Translations under genes and position numbers: made by a program
Assembly (NCBI GenBank): GCA_019659055.1
Contig: JAIFWV010000001.1
Span: 6,123 to 70,122, forward strand
From: Candidatus Doudnabacteria bacterium
GTDB lineage: Bacteria > Patescibacteriota > Doudnabacteria > UBA920 > O2-02-FULL-48-8
Length of the DNA stretch: 64,000 nt
Direction of reading: 5' to 3'
Notes under the pieces: generated by a model
Database searches by the model: none
What the model saw: only the letters and a program-made list of their open reading frames with translations
What the model was told of the DNA's origin: nothing
In this document: in pieces, positions 30,008 through 39,482 of the stretch
Numbering within the stretch: position 1 is the first letter of the stretch
How the letters are laid out: the number at the start of each line of letters is the position of its first letter

Positions 30008-30416
30008 TTACTTGTTCTAAAATTTTAATCTCGATTTCGGTTGTGCCCAAACTCTTAATTGCCTGCTTGATTATAACTTGTTTCGGCTCGATTGCCAAAT
30101 TGAATTCCCGGTTCACGGCTTGGGCGATTTCCGCCTCATGGATGGCGGCAAATAGCCGCAATCCTTGGGCTTTGCCCGAAAGCTTGATGGTCTTGCCCTG
30201 GAGGCGGTTTCTAATATTTTCGGCCTGCTCAGCGAATTTGCGCATTTTTTCTTCGCGCTCGGCTTCTTCTTTTTGAACTTGAGCAAGGAGAGCGCTTGTG
30301 GCAGGGGCAGCCAAATGACGAGCAATCAAAAAGTTTCTGGCGTATCCGTCAGAAACTTCGCAGATTTTCCCTTTGCGCCCCAGGCCCGAAACGTCTCGAG
30401 TAAGAATAATTTTCAT
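29970..30416 (-). CDS. rplI: 50S ribosomal protein bL9
   Basis: MKIIL..DV..LG..G..V.DGYARNFL. Confidence 0.95.
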   Translation of the reverse strand: MKIILTRDVSGLGRKGKICEVSDGYARNFLIARHLAAPATSALLAQVQKEEAEREEKMRKFAEQAENIRNRLQGKTIKLSGKAQGLRLFAAIHEAEIAQAVNREFNLAIEPKQVIIKQAIKSLGTTEIEIKILEQVNAKVKVEVEKHE

Positions 30417-30420
30417 AGGC

Positions 30421-30477
30421 ATGAATCATGAATCGTAAAACGTGTATCGCGACATGTCTCACGCTTCACGTTACACG
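30421..30477. repeat. Heptamer-built palindromic element, degenerate copy
   Basis: CGTGTATCGCGA...TCACGCTTCACGTTACACG; related to 39413 and 41020. Confidence 0.6.
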
Positions 30478-30481
30478 GCTA

Positions 30482-31396
30482 TTATACCCTGAGGTATCTG
30501 CGCATGGCAATCAGTGATGCAATCACACCCAAACCGACCCCGATTACTAAATTGGCCAAAAGGATTTTCCAATACAAGGCGCTCATAAGGCTTCCGCCCA
30601 GGGTCTGGAGCGATAAGAACTGCTCGACTTTGCCTGATAGGACCGATAAAAGCAGTAGCATAATTCCTGAAGCAATAATCATAGCCAAAAGCCCGTACAT
30701 GATACCTTCGATGATAAACGGTCCGCGGATATACCAGTTGGTGGCACCGACCAAACGCATAATTTCCACTTCTTCCCGGCGATTATAGATTGTCAGCCGA
30801 ATAGTATTGAACATGACCATAATGGTCACAATTATAAAGACGATTGTCAGGCCGATCCCGCCCTTGGTGATCACGTTTGTGATTTTATTCAAGCGATCAA
30901 TAACTTTTTTGTTATCGCGGATTTTGGCAAAATATGGCTTGTACCGATCCGAGCCCAAGACGCTTGCAATATTTTCGTAGTCCGAAAGATTCTCCCCTTT
31001 TATGGCAAATGAGGCTGGCAAAGGATTGTCGTTTTCCGAAAACTCATTCACAGTTTCAATCAGCAAAGGCTCGTCCTGATGTGCGGCGATAAATTTGTCA
31101 CGGGCCAGATTCTTCGGGATATAAACAATCTCTTTCACGCCTTGGGTGGCGGCCAGTTCGTCTTTGATATTGAGAATCTCTGTTTCGGAAGTAGTGTTAT
31201 TGAAATAAGCGGTAATCCCGACTTTATCTTTGACGTTATCCAAGGACACGGAAGTCAGCGTGTACAGCACAATGATTGTGGAGATTATAAAAAGCGTAAT
31301 CGTCATGACCGAAGTCGCCGCAATAGACAGCCATATATTGCGGAAGAAGTTGGTGACTCCCGATTTTACCAAGCGTTTAAAAACTGTGGAGTTCAT
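30482..31396 (-). CDS. ftsX: Cell division permease FtsX
   Basis: NPLPAS, NTIRLTIYNRREEVEIMRLVGA..WYIRGPF. Confidence 0.93.
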   Translation of the reverse strand: MNSTVFKRLVKSGVTNFFRNIWLSIAATSVMTITLFIISTIIVLYTLTSVSLDNVKDKVGITAYFNNTTSETEILNIKDELAATQGVKEIVYIPKNLARDKFIAAHQDEPLLIETVNEFSENDNPLPASFAIKGENLSDYENIASVLGSDRYKPYFAKIRDNKKVIDRLNKITNVITKGGIGLTIVFIIVTIMVMFNTIRLTIYNRREEVEIMRLVGATNWYIRGPFIIEGIMYGLLAMIIASGIMLLLLSVLSGKVEQFLSLQTLGGSLMSALYWKILLANLVIGVGLGVIASLIAMRRYLRV

Positions 31397-32073
31397 AGTA
31401 CGTATTTCCCTTTTTCTTGGTCGTAGACAATCTCGCCTTTTTCGATGGTCACGACGCGCTTCTTGATGCTATTCACTAAATCTTTGGCGTGGGTCGCCAA
31501 AATAACAGTTGTGCCGTCTTTATTTATCTTCAACAAAAGCTGGATAATATCCCAAGCGTTTATGGAATCAAGGTTACCGGTCGGTTCGTCGGCCAAAAGC
31601 AAGACAGGATTGTGAGCCAGTGCTCGGGCGATAGCTACTCTTTGCCGTTCGCCGCCGGACATTTCGTGAGGAAAAGCTTTTGCTTTGTCTTCGAGTCCCA
31701 CGGTTTCCAAAATTTTTGGGACGTGCGATTTGATATCCTCCACTCGTTCCCCGGCAACTTCCATGGCAAAGGCAATGTTTTCGAATGCCGTCCGGTTTGG
31801 CAGAAGTTTGATGTCCTGAAACACGACTCCGATTTTGCGGCGAAGATACGGGATGTCCATAGACCGGATCCTGGCAACATCGATATCGTCGATAAGGATG
31901 CGTCCCGAATCAGGTTTCTCTTCCCCAATAATCAATTTCATCAAAGTGGATTTTCCAGCGCCCGACTGCCCGACTAACGACAAAAATTCACCCTTGTGAA
32001 TTTCAAGGTTGATGTTTTTGATCGCCTGATTGCTGTGATTGTACGTTTTTGTTACAGAATCGAATTTGATCAT
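31393..32073 (-). CDS. ftsE: Cell division ATPase FtsE
   Basis: GQSGAGKST, RRKIGVVFQD, ADEPTGNLD; adjacent to ftsX. Confidence 0.94.
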   Translation of the reverse strand: MIKFDSVTKTYNHSNQAIKNINLEIHKGEFLSLVGQSGAGKSTLMKLIIGEEKPDSGRILIDDIDVARIRSMDIPYLRRKIGVVFQDIKLLPNRTAFENIAFAMEVAGERVEDIKSHVPKILETVGLEDKAKAFPHEMSGGERQRVAIARALAHNPVLLLADEPTGNLDSINAWDIIQLLLKINKDGTTVILATHAKDLVNSIKKRVVTIEKGEIVYDQEKGKYVL

Positions 32074-32114
32074 TGAAAGTATTATAGCATTTTATTTACC
32101 GGAAGCCGAAGCAA

Positions 32115-33213
32115 TCATTGTCTCTCCAGACTAAATTCAAGATATGCTTTGATAAATTCGTCCAAATCGCCATCCAAAACGGATTGCGTGTCTGAAGTTT
32201 CGTAGTTAGTGCGGTGATCTTTGACCATCTTGTAAGGATGCAGGACATACGAACGGATCTGATTCCCCCACTCGGCACTGTGATATTCTCCGCGAAGCTT
32301 GAGCCGCTCCTCCAACTGCCGCTGTTCCTCGAGGTGAGCAATTTTGGCGGTGAGAATTTTGATAGCTTGCTCTTTATTTTGGGCCTGTGAGCGCTCGTTT
32401 TGGATGGTCACCGTCGTCCCGGTGGGTTTGTGCACCGCCCGGATTGCCGAATAAGTTGTGTTTACAGATTGTCCCCCGTGTCCGCGCGAAGTTTTGGCCT
32501 CAAGCTCGACATCGTCCATGTTGAGTTTGAATTCTTCTTGTTCGATAATCGGCAAAACTTCGACTAGGGCAAATGAAGTTTCGCGCGAGGCGCTGGAATT
32601 AAACGGCGACTGGCGCACCAATCTGTGAACTCCGGCTTCGCTTTTGAGATAACCATAGGCATACTCGCCCATGACTTCGAAGACGACACTCTTGATACCA
32701 GCTTCGGTGCCGCGGCTTTCGTCTATGACCTGGGTCTTGAGGCCGCGAGCCTCGGCCCAGCGCAAATACATGCGCAACAGGATTTCCGCCCAGTCCTGGG
32801 CATCGGTCCCGCCCGCTCCGGCGTGGATAGAAAGAATTGCCGAATGATTGTCGTATTTACCGCCGAGGAACGTAGTCAGGCGAATCCGCTCGAATTGAGC
32901 CTCCAGGCGCTTAAATTTGGCCTGTAATTCGCTTTCCAGAGCTTTATCGGATTCTACCACCGCAAGCTCCACCAAACCCTCTAAATCATGGATTTCGGTC
33001 TCTAAATTCTTCCAGGCTTCCGCATGGTTTTTGAGCGTGGTGAACTCGCGGCTAATTTTTTGAGCCGTTAGGTTATCCTGCCAGAAATAGGGTTGCCCCA
33101 TCTGGTCTTCAAGCTCCAAAATTTTTTGCTCTTTTTGGGGAAGCTCAAAGATGCTCCTTAAGATCTTTCATACTGGCCTTGAGATCTTGGATATGCTTTT
33201 TTAGTTCTTGCAT
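32115..33213 (-). CDS. prfB: Peptide chain release factor 2 with programmed +1 frameshift
   Basis: 22-codon ORF1 from ATG 33213 ends AAGGAG-CAT-CTT-TGA (TGA at 33147-33145); +1 frame carries SPF and GGQ motifs. Confidence 0.95.
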
Positions 33214-33222
33214 TGAGAATAT

Positions 33223-33396
33223 TTAAATTACTGAAGTTAAAAAATATAAGCCTACTGCTATAATCGCAGTCCAGATTAAAATAGGCTGATAATTTTTTCC
33301 TCGAAGAAATCCCCAAGCCTGGAATTGATTATTTGCTCCCCAAAGAATCAATGAGGAAATAGCGAGGATTGCTAGCAAAATTTTGACTATAAACAT
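33223..33396 (-). CDS. 57-aa two-TM membrane protein
   Basis: Not in ORF track; MFIVKILLAILAISSLILWG...ILIWTAIIAVGLYFLTSVI fills the gap between folA and prfB. Confidence 0.6.
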   Translation of the reverse strand: MFIVKILLAILAISSLILWGANNQFQAWGFLRGKNYQPILIWTAIIAVGLYFLTSVI

Positions 33397-33413
33397 GCCG
33401 GTACAATTAATTA

Positions 33414-33887
33414 TTAACGTTCGTAAGTTACAAATGAATATTCTTCATGATCTTCGCGGGAGATTTCTTTCCACTGGGATTTATCGAATTCCGGGAACAG
33501 GACATCGCCATCAATAACTTTATGGACTTCGGTCAGATATAATTTATCAGCTTTATCCATGAGCTGCGAATAAATTTGCCCGCCGCCTGCGACCATTATT
33601 TCACCATCGTCTTTACATGCTTGTAATGCATCCTCAAGGCTGTGATAAACATACACGCCCTCTGGCGGGCTAAATTTTGGGTCGCGAGAGACCACGACAT
33701 TTTTTCGATTCGGCAAAGGCTTGCCAATACGATTTATAATCGAATCAAAAGTATTTTTACCCATAAGCACCGTGTGACCCGTGGTAATATCTTTGAAATG
33801 CTTGAGGTCTTCTTTGATATACCAGGGAATAGCATTATGCGATCCAATCACTCGATTTTCGGCTACGCCAATAACAAATGAAATCAT
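33414..33887 (-). CDS. folA: Dihydrofolate reductase
   Basis: IPW...DLKHFK.IT, MGKNT, PLPNRKN, GGGQIY, GDV.FP. Confidence 0.95.
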   Translation of the reverse strand: MISFVIGVAENRVIGSHNAIPWYIKEDLKHFKDITTGHTVLMGKNTFDSIINRIGKPLPNRKNVVVSRDPKFSPPEGVYVYHSLEDALQACKDDGEIMVAGGGQIYSQLMDKADKLYLTEVHKVIDGDVLFPEFDKSQWKEISREDHEEYSFVTYER

Positions 33888-33906
33888 TTTAGGACAGCCT
33901 TGGTTT

Positions 33907-33968
33907 CCATCTCGAACGAAGTGAGAGATCCCTCCTAAGAGCGACTTCTCGCTAATCGCTCGAAGTGG
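33907..33968. repeat. REP-like imperfect palindrome, copy 2
   Basis: Matches 13616-13676; lies between thyA and folA. Confidence 0.7.
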
Positions 33969-34934
33969 TCAATTTTTCTTGCCTTCATAAAGTCCGCCGG
34001 AGACGGAGAGTTCCGCTTTGATGGCGCCATGAGGATTATAATCAATCAGCCTCACCCTGTCCGGGGTAAAGTCATCAATAGACTTCACACCAGGATCAAG
34101 TTCGATTTTTGGGAATGGGTTTGGAGTACGTGAGAGTTGCTCCTTCACCTGCTCCAAATGGTTTTCATAAATGTGCACATCGCCGAAAGTGTGTACAAAT
34201 TCGCCAGGTTGGTAACCTGTAACCTGGGCCAGAATCACAGTCAGCAAAGCGTATGAGGCAATATTGAAAGGCACGCCCAAAAATATATCTGCTGATCTTT
34301 GATAAAGTTGCAAAGACAGCTTGCCGTCGATGACATTGAACTGGTACATATTATGACAGATCGGGTATTTGGCCGCATCCTCATAAGTTGCCATGGTGTA
34401 CAGATATTCCGGGTTCCAGGAGTTCACGATAAGATTATGCGCATTTGGATCATCTTTGAGTTCTTGGATAGCCCAAGCCAGCTGGTCAATTGTCCTTCCG
34501 GGAGTCCTGGTCGGCCAATGCCGCCAGAGCTCACCATAAATGTGAGGCAACACTCCATGTTCTTTTGCGAACGCATCGTCTTCCGTAATTTTTTGGACAA
34601 ATTCTTCTTTGGTCAGATTCGGAACTTGCCCCGCTTCCATTTTCTTCTTGTAGTATTTGTAAGGATAATCGTCCCAAATGTGGACGCCTTTGCGCGCGAG
34701 GTAACTGACGTTGTTCTGGCCAGAGGCAAACCAGTAGAGCTCTTCGACCACCCCTTTCCAAAAAACTTTCTTCGTGGTTAGCAGCGGGAAATCCTTGGAC
34801 AAATCAAAACGAATTTGTTTACCAAACAAACTATAAGAAGCGTCGCCTGTCCCACGGTCAACTTTGCGAAATCCCTTTTCCAGGATTTCCTTCATCAGAT
34901 CTAGGTATTGATATTCAGGGTGTTTGGTTTCCAT
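33969..34934 (-). CDS. thyA: Thymidylate synthase
   Basis: FPLLTTKKV, PICH, YQRSAD.FLGVPFNIASY, GDVHIYENH; start METKHP. Confidence 0.96.
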   Translation of the reverse strand: METKHPEYQYLDLMKEILEKGFRKVDRGTGDASYSLFGKQIRFDLSKDFPLLTTKKVFWKGVVEELYWFASGQNNVSYLARKGVHIWDDYPYKYYKKKMEAGQVPNLTKEEFVQKITEDDAFAKEHGVLPHIYGELWRHWPTRTPGRTIDQLAWAIQELKDDPNAHNLIVNSWNPEYLYTMATYEDAAKYPICHNMYQFNVIDGKLSLQLYQRSADIFLGVPFNIASYALLTVILAQVTGYQPGEFVHTFGDVHIYENHLEQVKEQLSRTPNPFPKIELDPGVKSIDDFTPDRVRLIDYNPHGAIKAELSVSGGLYEGKKN

Positions 34935-34935
34935 A

Positions 34936-35607
34936 TTATTCAATGTTAAAAACTTTATCAGTTCCGTAATAATCTTCCCAATTGTTGTTGTAATACTCAA
35001 ACATCCGCGCCAGGCGGTCTTGGGGTAATTCCATAAGCCCGATCTCACTCATGGCATTCCGGATTTCGTCTTTGATCCCCTCCACGCGAGATGCGTCATC
35101 GGAGATCTTCTCAAACTCGGCCAGGTATCCATAGCCGGCGTTTTTGTCGATGCTTACGTTCATTCCTTTGTAGGTATATTCTTGGCGCTCGCGTGACCAT
35201 TTGGCCTGATAACTAAACCCTGATTCAATCAAAATTTTATCGAGCTCTTCAAGACTCATGTTTACTTCCGACTCAAATTCGAGTCTGGCGGTGCCGTTAC
35301 TGCTTGTCGTGTCATCGACTGATGCTTTGATCACCAGAATCACCTTCTCGTCTGCTTTGCGTGTACGGACAGAAAATTCTTTGGCGTCGTAGCAGAGTTG
35401 TTTAAAGACGTCGCGCTTATCCTCGGCAATGTGCATCTCCGCATTTTCGTAAAGCCGTGTCAGGTCGCCGCCGATAAAGTAATGGTTAAGCTGTTTGTGT
35501 TCCCCGTGGGCCACGAAACTTGGATCAGCTTTCAGTTTCTCCAACAGCAAATCAGCGTTTTCCTTGGCACCGAGCAATGACTTAATTTCGACTTCGTAGG
35601 AATTCAT
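34936..35607 (-). CDS. CYTH / triphosphate tunnel metalloenzyme family protein
   Basis: N-terminal EVEIK (ExExK); R.R; RLEFE; RQEY..D...GYLAEFE. Confidence 0.75.
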   Translation of the reverse strand: MNSYEVEIKSLLGAKENADLLLEKLKADPSFVAHGEHKQLNHYFIGGDLTRLYENAEMHIAEDKRDVFKQLCYDAKEFSVRTRKADEKVILVIKASVDDTTSSNGTARLEFESEVNMSLEELDKILIESGFSYQAKWSRERQEYTYKGMNVSIDKNAGYGYLAEFEKISDDASRVEGIKDEIRNAMSEIGLMELPQDRLARMFEYYNNNWEDYYGTDKVFNIE

Positions 35608-36188
35608 TAGCGCTCTTTCCGAACCTCTTGAGACAATTTGGATGCCAGAGGGCTTTTTTGATTAGCATATTTGTTGTTCTTCTTCTTGCGATATGGTACT
35701 TCCACTGGGCTTGAGACTTCCTCGAAGGTAAACGAGCAAATCCGCATGCCGGGATAAAGCGCAATCGGAAGAGTACCGAGATTACCTAGTTCCATAGTCG
35801 GGATCCCGATCCATCCTGGATCAAAGACTGAAGCCGTGCCGTGGACAATAATTCCCAGGCGCCCTAGAGAGCTCCGTCCTTCGATTCGGCCCAAGAGATC
35901 ATCTGCAAGCTCAAGGGTTTCCACAGTGTTAGCCAGGGCAAAGGAACCCGGCTGCATTATGAAGGGTCGGTCTTTTTCTATTACCAATTCTTCCATGATT
36001 TTACTGGTGTCGATGTCTCCTTTCAAATCGATGTAGGGGTAACTGGAATTCTTGAAGAAGCGGAATTTATTGCCAAGATGCATGTCTATTGAGCATGACC
36101 CAAGCTGAATTTTGAGGTCTGGTTTTGGTGTGATTTTAATGCGCCCGGATTTCAGGGCTTTTTTGATGTCTCGGTCGGATAGGATCAT
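35607..36188 (-). CDS. dcd: dCTP deaminase
   Basis: MILSDRDI, SIDMHLG, EGRSSLGRLG, DPGW.G..TMEL. Confidence 0.94.
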   Translation of the reverse strand: MILSDRDIKKALKSGRIKITPKPDLKIQLGSCSIDMHLGNKFRFFKNSSYPYIDLKGDIDTSKIMEELVIEKDRPFIMQPGSFALANTVETLELADDLLGRIEGRSSLGRLGIIVHGTASVFDPGWIGIPTMELGNLGTLPIALYPGMRICSFTFEEVSSPVEVPYRKKKNNKYANQKSPLASKLSQEVRKER

Positions 36189-36242
36189 TGTTTTTCTTTA
36201 ATTCTTAGGCATAATAGCAGATTTTTCTGCTATAATCTAGTT

Positions 36243-36779
36243 ATGAAAACGCTACTGATAGATAACGGGAGTAAGTACACCAAAAAACTTCAAAAACTCT
36301 GCGCGGCGGACAAAACTATAGATTGGCAAAACTTAGATATCAGACAATGTGCCAATTATGATCTTATAATTTTATCCGGGGGTCATTTGTTTCCCGTGGT
36401 TAGCCATGAGAAGGATTTTAAAGACGAGATTAAGCTAATCAAGCGCCTTAAGAAACCTATTATCGGAATTTGTCTTGGCAGTGAATTAATTGCACATGCG
36501 TACGGAGCAAGCCTCGTGCGAATGAACCGGAAAAAACATGGAGAAATTAAAATCCGAGGTAAGGGAGGGGTATTCAATGTTTATGAAAGCCATCGCTGGG
36601 CTATTAAGAAACTTCCCGCCAACCTCGTCGAAATAGCAAGGTCTAAGGATGGGGTGGAAATCTTCCGCCATAAGACTAAACCAATCGTCGGGATACAATT
36701 CCATCCCGAAGTGTTGGTAAGTAAAACTTCGGGAAGGAATCTATTTCAAAATATTCTCAACACTCTGTCTTCGTCTTAG
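36243..36779 (+). CDS. Type 1 glutamine amidotransferase (GuaA-N/PabA-like)
   Basis: LIDNG, ILSGG, GICLG, ESH, QFHPE triad. Confidence 0.85.
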   Translation: MKTLLIDNGSKYTKKLQKLCAADKTIDWQNLDIRQCANYDLIILSGGHLFPVVSHEKDFKDEIKLIKRLKKPIIGICLGSELIAHAYGASLVRMNRKKHGEIKIRGKGGVFNVYESHRWAIKKLPANLVEIARSKDGVEIFRHKTKPIVGIQFHPEVLVSKTSGRNLFQNILNTLSSS

Positions 36780-38030
36780 AATCCATTCTTCCGGATACCA
36801 TAATTGTCGCAATTCTCCGGCTAAGAAGAATGATCCGGTTACGAGTATTGCATCTTTCGGGCCGGCTACGGTTCGAGCTTTCATTAATGCCTGTTTTGGA
36901 TCCAAAGTCATTTCCACGATACTGCCGGCATTAGAATACCTCTTTGCTAAATTATATAGAATAATCGGATCTGCCGTTTTTCTCCTTTCCGATTGGAATC
37001 TCGTCACGAAGATATGCTTGGCCTTTGGGGCGATTACTTTTGTTATTTTATCAATTTGTTTGTCATTGGAGATTCCAATAACAAGTGATAAGTTTGCGAA
37101 CTTCTGGCTCTTTAACTTTTGAACCGTGTTTTTCATTTTGATTACATTGTGCGCTCCATCAACAATAAGCAGAGGTTTTGTTTCGAGAATTTCGAATCGC
37201 GCCGGCAATTGGACGGCTTCAGTTATTCCCAGCTTTATAATTTGTGAAGAAATACCGAGCTGTTTTGCTATTGCCGAAGCCAGAGCTTCGTTAGAGTTAT
37301 CTGACATACATTTGATTTGTTGAAATCTCGTTGATAATTTCTTACACTCGGTCCGAAACATCTTTAATAACCCTGGTCTTTTCTCAGTCGTTAAAAAACT
37401 ACTTTTACATTTTACGATCCCTATCTTCTCCCAAGCAATTTTCTCCAATGTGTTACCCAATGCATTCATATGATCATAATCAATATTGGTTATGGCAGAT
37501 ACCAGAGACTTTTCGATGACGTTTGTTGCGTCATAGCGGCCGCCACAAGCCACTTCGAGGACCACATACTTGCATTTCTTTTTTGCAAAATAAACTATGG
37601 CCAAACAAAATAAAATCTCAAAAAATGATGGTCCGCCAAAGGGTGATTCGAGATATGCACGGTCGATGTATGGTTTCAGCTCTTCGACTAAATCAGCAAA
37701 TTCATCGGGCGCGATAAATTTTTTATCAACTTTTATTTTCTCAATGCTGGTCGTCACGTAGGGTGACGTAAATAATCCAACATTCTTTTGCCCGCTGGCC
37801 ATAAGAATAGATTGAGTAAGATTGGAGACTGATCCTTTCCCCGCTGTTCCTGTGATGTGGACAAAATCCATATTTCGGTCCGGGTTGTTCAGTAGGTTCA
37901 AAAGGAACCTGGTCCGATTTAGGTAAATTTTTGGATAATCAGGGTCTTCCATATACACTTTGTCATTCGGAAGGTTGTGTAACCCTTCCAAATATTTAAC
38001 ACTGTTATAGTATCTTTGAAAATTAGTCAT
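36741..38030 (-). CDS. folC: Folylpolyglutamate/dihydrofolate synthase
   Basis: HITGTAGKGS, FTSP, LEVACGGRYDATN, DYDH, DGAHN, VTGSFFL. Confidence 0.9.
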   Translation of the reverse strand: MTNFQRYYNSVKYLEGLHNLPNDKVYMEDPDYPKIYLNRTRFLLNLLNNPDRNMDFVHITGTAGKGSVSNLTQSILMASGQKNVGLFTSPYVTTSIEKIKVDKKFIAPDEFADLVEELKPYIDRAYLESPFGGPSFFEILFCLAIVYFAKKKCKYVVLEVACGGRYDATNVIEKSLVSAITNIDYDHMNALGNTLEKIAWEKIGIVKCKSSFLTTEKRPGLLKMFRTECKKLSTRFQQIKCMSDNSNEALASAIAKQLGISSQIIKLGITEAVQLPARFEILETKPLLIVDGAHNVIKMKNTVQKLKSQKFANLSLVIGISNDKQIDKITKVIAPKAKHIFVTRFQSERRKTADPIILYNLAKRYSNAGSIVEMTLDPKQALMKARTVAGPKDAILVTGSFFLAGELRQLWYPEEWILRRRQSVENILK

Positions 38031-38054
38031 AATTTGGGTTTAGCAGATAAAAAT

Positions 38055-38170
38055 AAAAAACCGCCCTAGGCGGTTTGAGCAAGCTCAAAGTGCTAGGGTA
38101 AAAATTAGACGGCTTTGGCGTATGAGGACCAGATTTGTTTTGTGTGCGTAATCAGCATATGGTTATTATA
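38055..38170 (-). promoter_or_regulatory. Leaderless 17-aa leader peptide (38158-38105) plus terminator upstream of folC
   Basis: TGgTATAAT 6 nt before ATG; MLITHTKQIWSSYAKAV; AAACCGCC/GGCGGTTT plus T run. Confidence 0.55.
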
Positions 38171-38180
38171 CCACAAACTT

Positions 38181-38209
38181 GAACACCTCATCTAATAGAT
38201 GAGGTGTTC
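38181..38209 (-). terminator. Terminator hairpin after rplA
   Basis: GAACACCTCATCT/AGATGAGGTGTTC. Confidence 0.7.
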
Positions 38210-38234
38210 GTTTCTGAATATAAGGCACAATTTG

Positions 38235-38909
38235 CTAGATTTTGACCCTGATCCCAGGGCCCATGGTAGAGTGGATGGTAACTGTGTTTATGAACTCCTT
38301 TTTGAGTCCAGCCGGTTTGGCGTGGTTTAGAGCTTCGATAAAAGTTTTGAAGTTATCGGTAAGAGCATTGGTCTCAAGGTTGCTCTTGCCCAAAGTCATG
38401 TGGACGTTTCCGGATTCATCATTTTTGAATTCGGCTTTGCCGGCGGCATACTCCCGAATAGCCTTGCCAATATCCGCGGTAACAGTGCCGGTCTTTGGGT
38501 TGGGCATGAGTCCACGGGGACCAAGTAGCTTGGCTATCTGCGCAAGCTTGGGCATCATGGCCGGTTCCGCTATGGACATATCGAAATTCAATTGTTCGGT
38601 TTCCTTGATCTTCTTGATGAGATCTTCGCCGCCTACAAGTACAGCACCAGCATCCTTGGCTTCTTTCTCCTTGCCTTCTGTAACAAATGCAACAATGCGC
38701 TTGACCTTACCGGTGGCATGCGGAAAGGTTACGGTTGAGCGCACAATTTGATCGCTTTTTTTGGCATCAATTCCGAGACGGACATGCGTCTCAATATTAC
38801 CGACAAACTTGGTGGTTGCGGTTTTCTTGGCCAATTCAATCGCCTCTTGTGGGCTGTATGACTTGGTTGAATCTATTTCTTTTTTGGCGTTGGTAATGCG
38901 TTTACCCAT
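38235..38909 (-). CDS. rplA: 50S ribosomal protein uL1
   Basis: LGPRGLMPNPKTGTVT, STMGPG; AAGGAG SD before MGKR. Confidence 0.96.
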   Translation of the reverse strand: MGKRITNAKKEIDSTKSYSPQEAIELAKKTATTKFVGNIETHVRLGIDAKKSDQIVRSTVTFPHATGKVKRIVAFVTEGKEKEAKDAGAVLVGGEDLIKKIKETEQLNFDMSIAEPAMMPKLAQIAKLLGPRGLMPNPKTGTVTADIGKAIREYAAGKAEFKNDESGNVHMTLGKSNLETNALTDNFKTFIEALNHAKPAGLKKEFINTVTIHSTMGPGIRVKI

Positions 38910-38921
38910 ATCTACTCCTTT

Positions 38922-38949
38922 GTGGTTCAAACGGCTTTTGGCCTCCCAC
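38922..38949 (-). promoter_or_regulatory. Probable L1 autogenous binding site in the rplA leader
   Basis: GUGGGAG-GC-loop-GC..GAACCAC, matching the GGAG/GAAC L1-binding motif. Confidence 0.65.
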
Positions 38950-38980
38950 GGTTAGAAATTAGTTATTAGAAATTAGAAAT

Positions 38981-39403
38981 TTATTTAATCTCTATCCCCA
39001 TAGATCTGGCTGTGCCGGCAACGGTTTTTTCTGCGGCTTCCACATCGGAGGCGTTGAGGTCTGGCATCTTCTGCTCGGCGATTGCGCGCAATTGAGCCTT
39101 GGTGATGGTCCCAACCTTGTTCTTGAGTGGATTGGCTGAGCCCTTCTCGAGTCCGGCGGCTTTGCGGATGAGCACGGAAGCCGGAGGGGTTTTGAGGACA
39201 AAACTGTAGGTCCGGTCTTCGTAGATCGTGATCTCAGCCGGGATGATGGTATCTCCCATGGGAGCGGTGCGGTCGTTGAACTCTTTGACCAGCTGGGCCA
39301 AATTCAATCCATGGGGACCAAGAACTGTTCCCACTGGCGGAGCCGGTGTGGCTTTTCCAGCCGGAAGCTGGATTTTTACAATTGTCTTTATCTTCTTTGC
39401 CAT
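38981..39403 (-). CDS. rplK: 50S ribosomal protein uL11
   Basis: [24 protein letters not shown]. Confidence 0.97.
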   Translation of the reverse strand: MAKKIKTIVKIQLPAGKATPAPPVGTVLGPHGLNLAQLVKEFNDRTAPMGDTIIPAEITIYEDRTYSFVLKTPPASVLIRKAAGLEKGSANPLKNKVGTITKAQLRAIAEQKMPDLNASDVEAAEKTVAGTARSMGIEIK

Positions 39404-39412
39404 AAATTTGTC

Positions 39413-39476
39413 GTAAATCTTGAATCGTGGATCGTGGATCGCGAAACGTTTCAAGGTTCACGCTTCACGCTACACG
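39413..39476. repeat. Heptamer-built palindromic element upstream of rplK
   Basis: 35-bp core identical to the copy upstream of secE. Confidence 0.8.
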
Positions 39477-39482
39477 TCTTAA

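Noticed and set aside
32115-33213. prfB as a pseudogene or assembly error
   Set aside because: The break sits at the canonical programmed frameshift site with an internal SD
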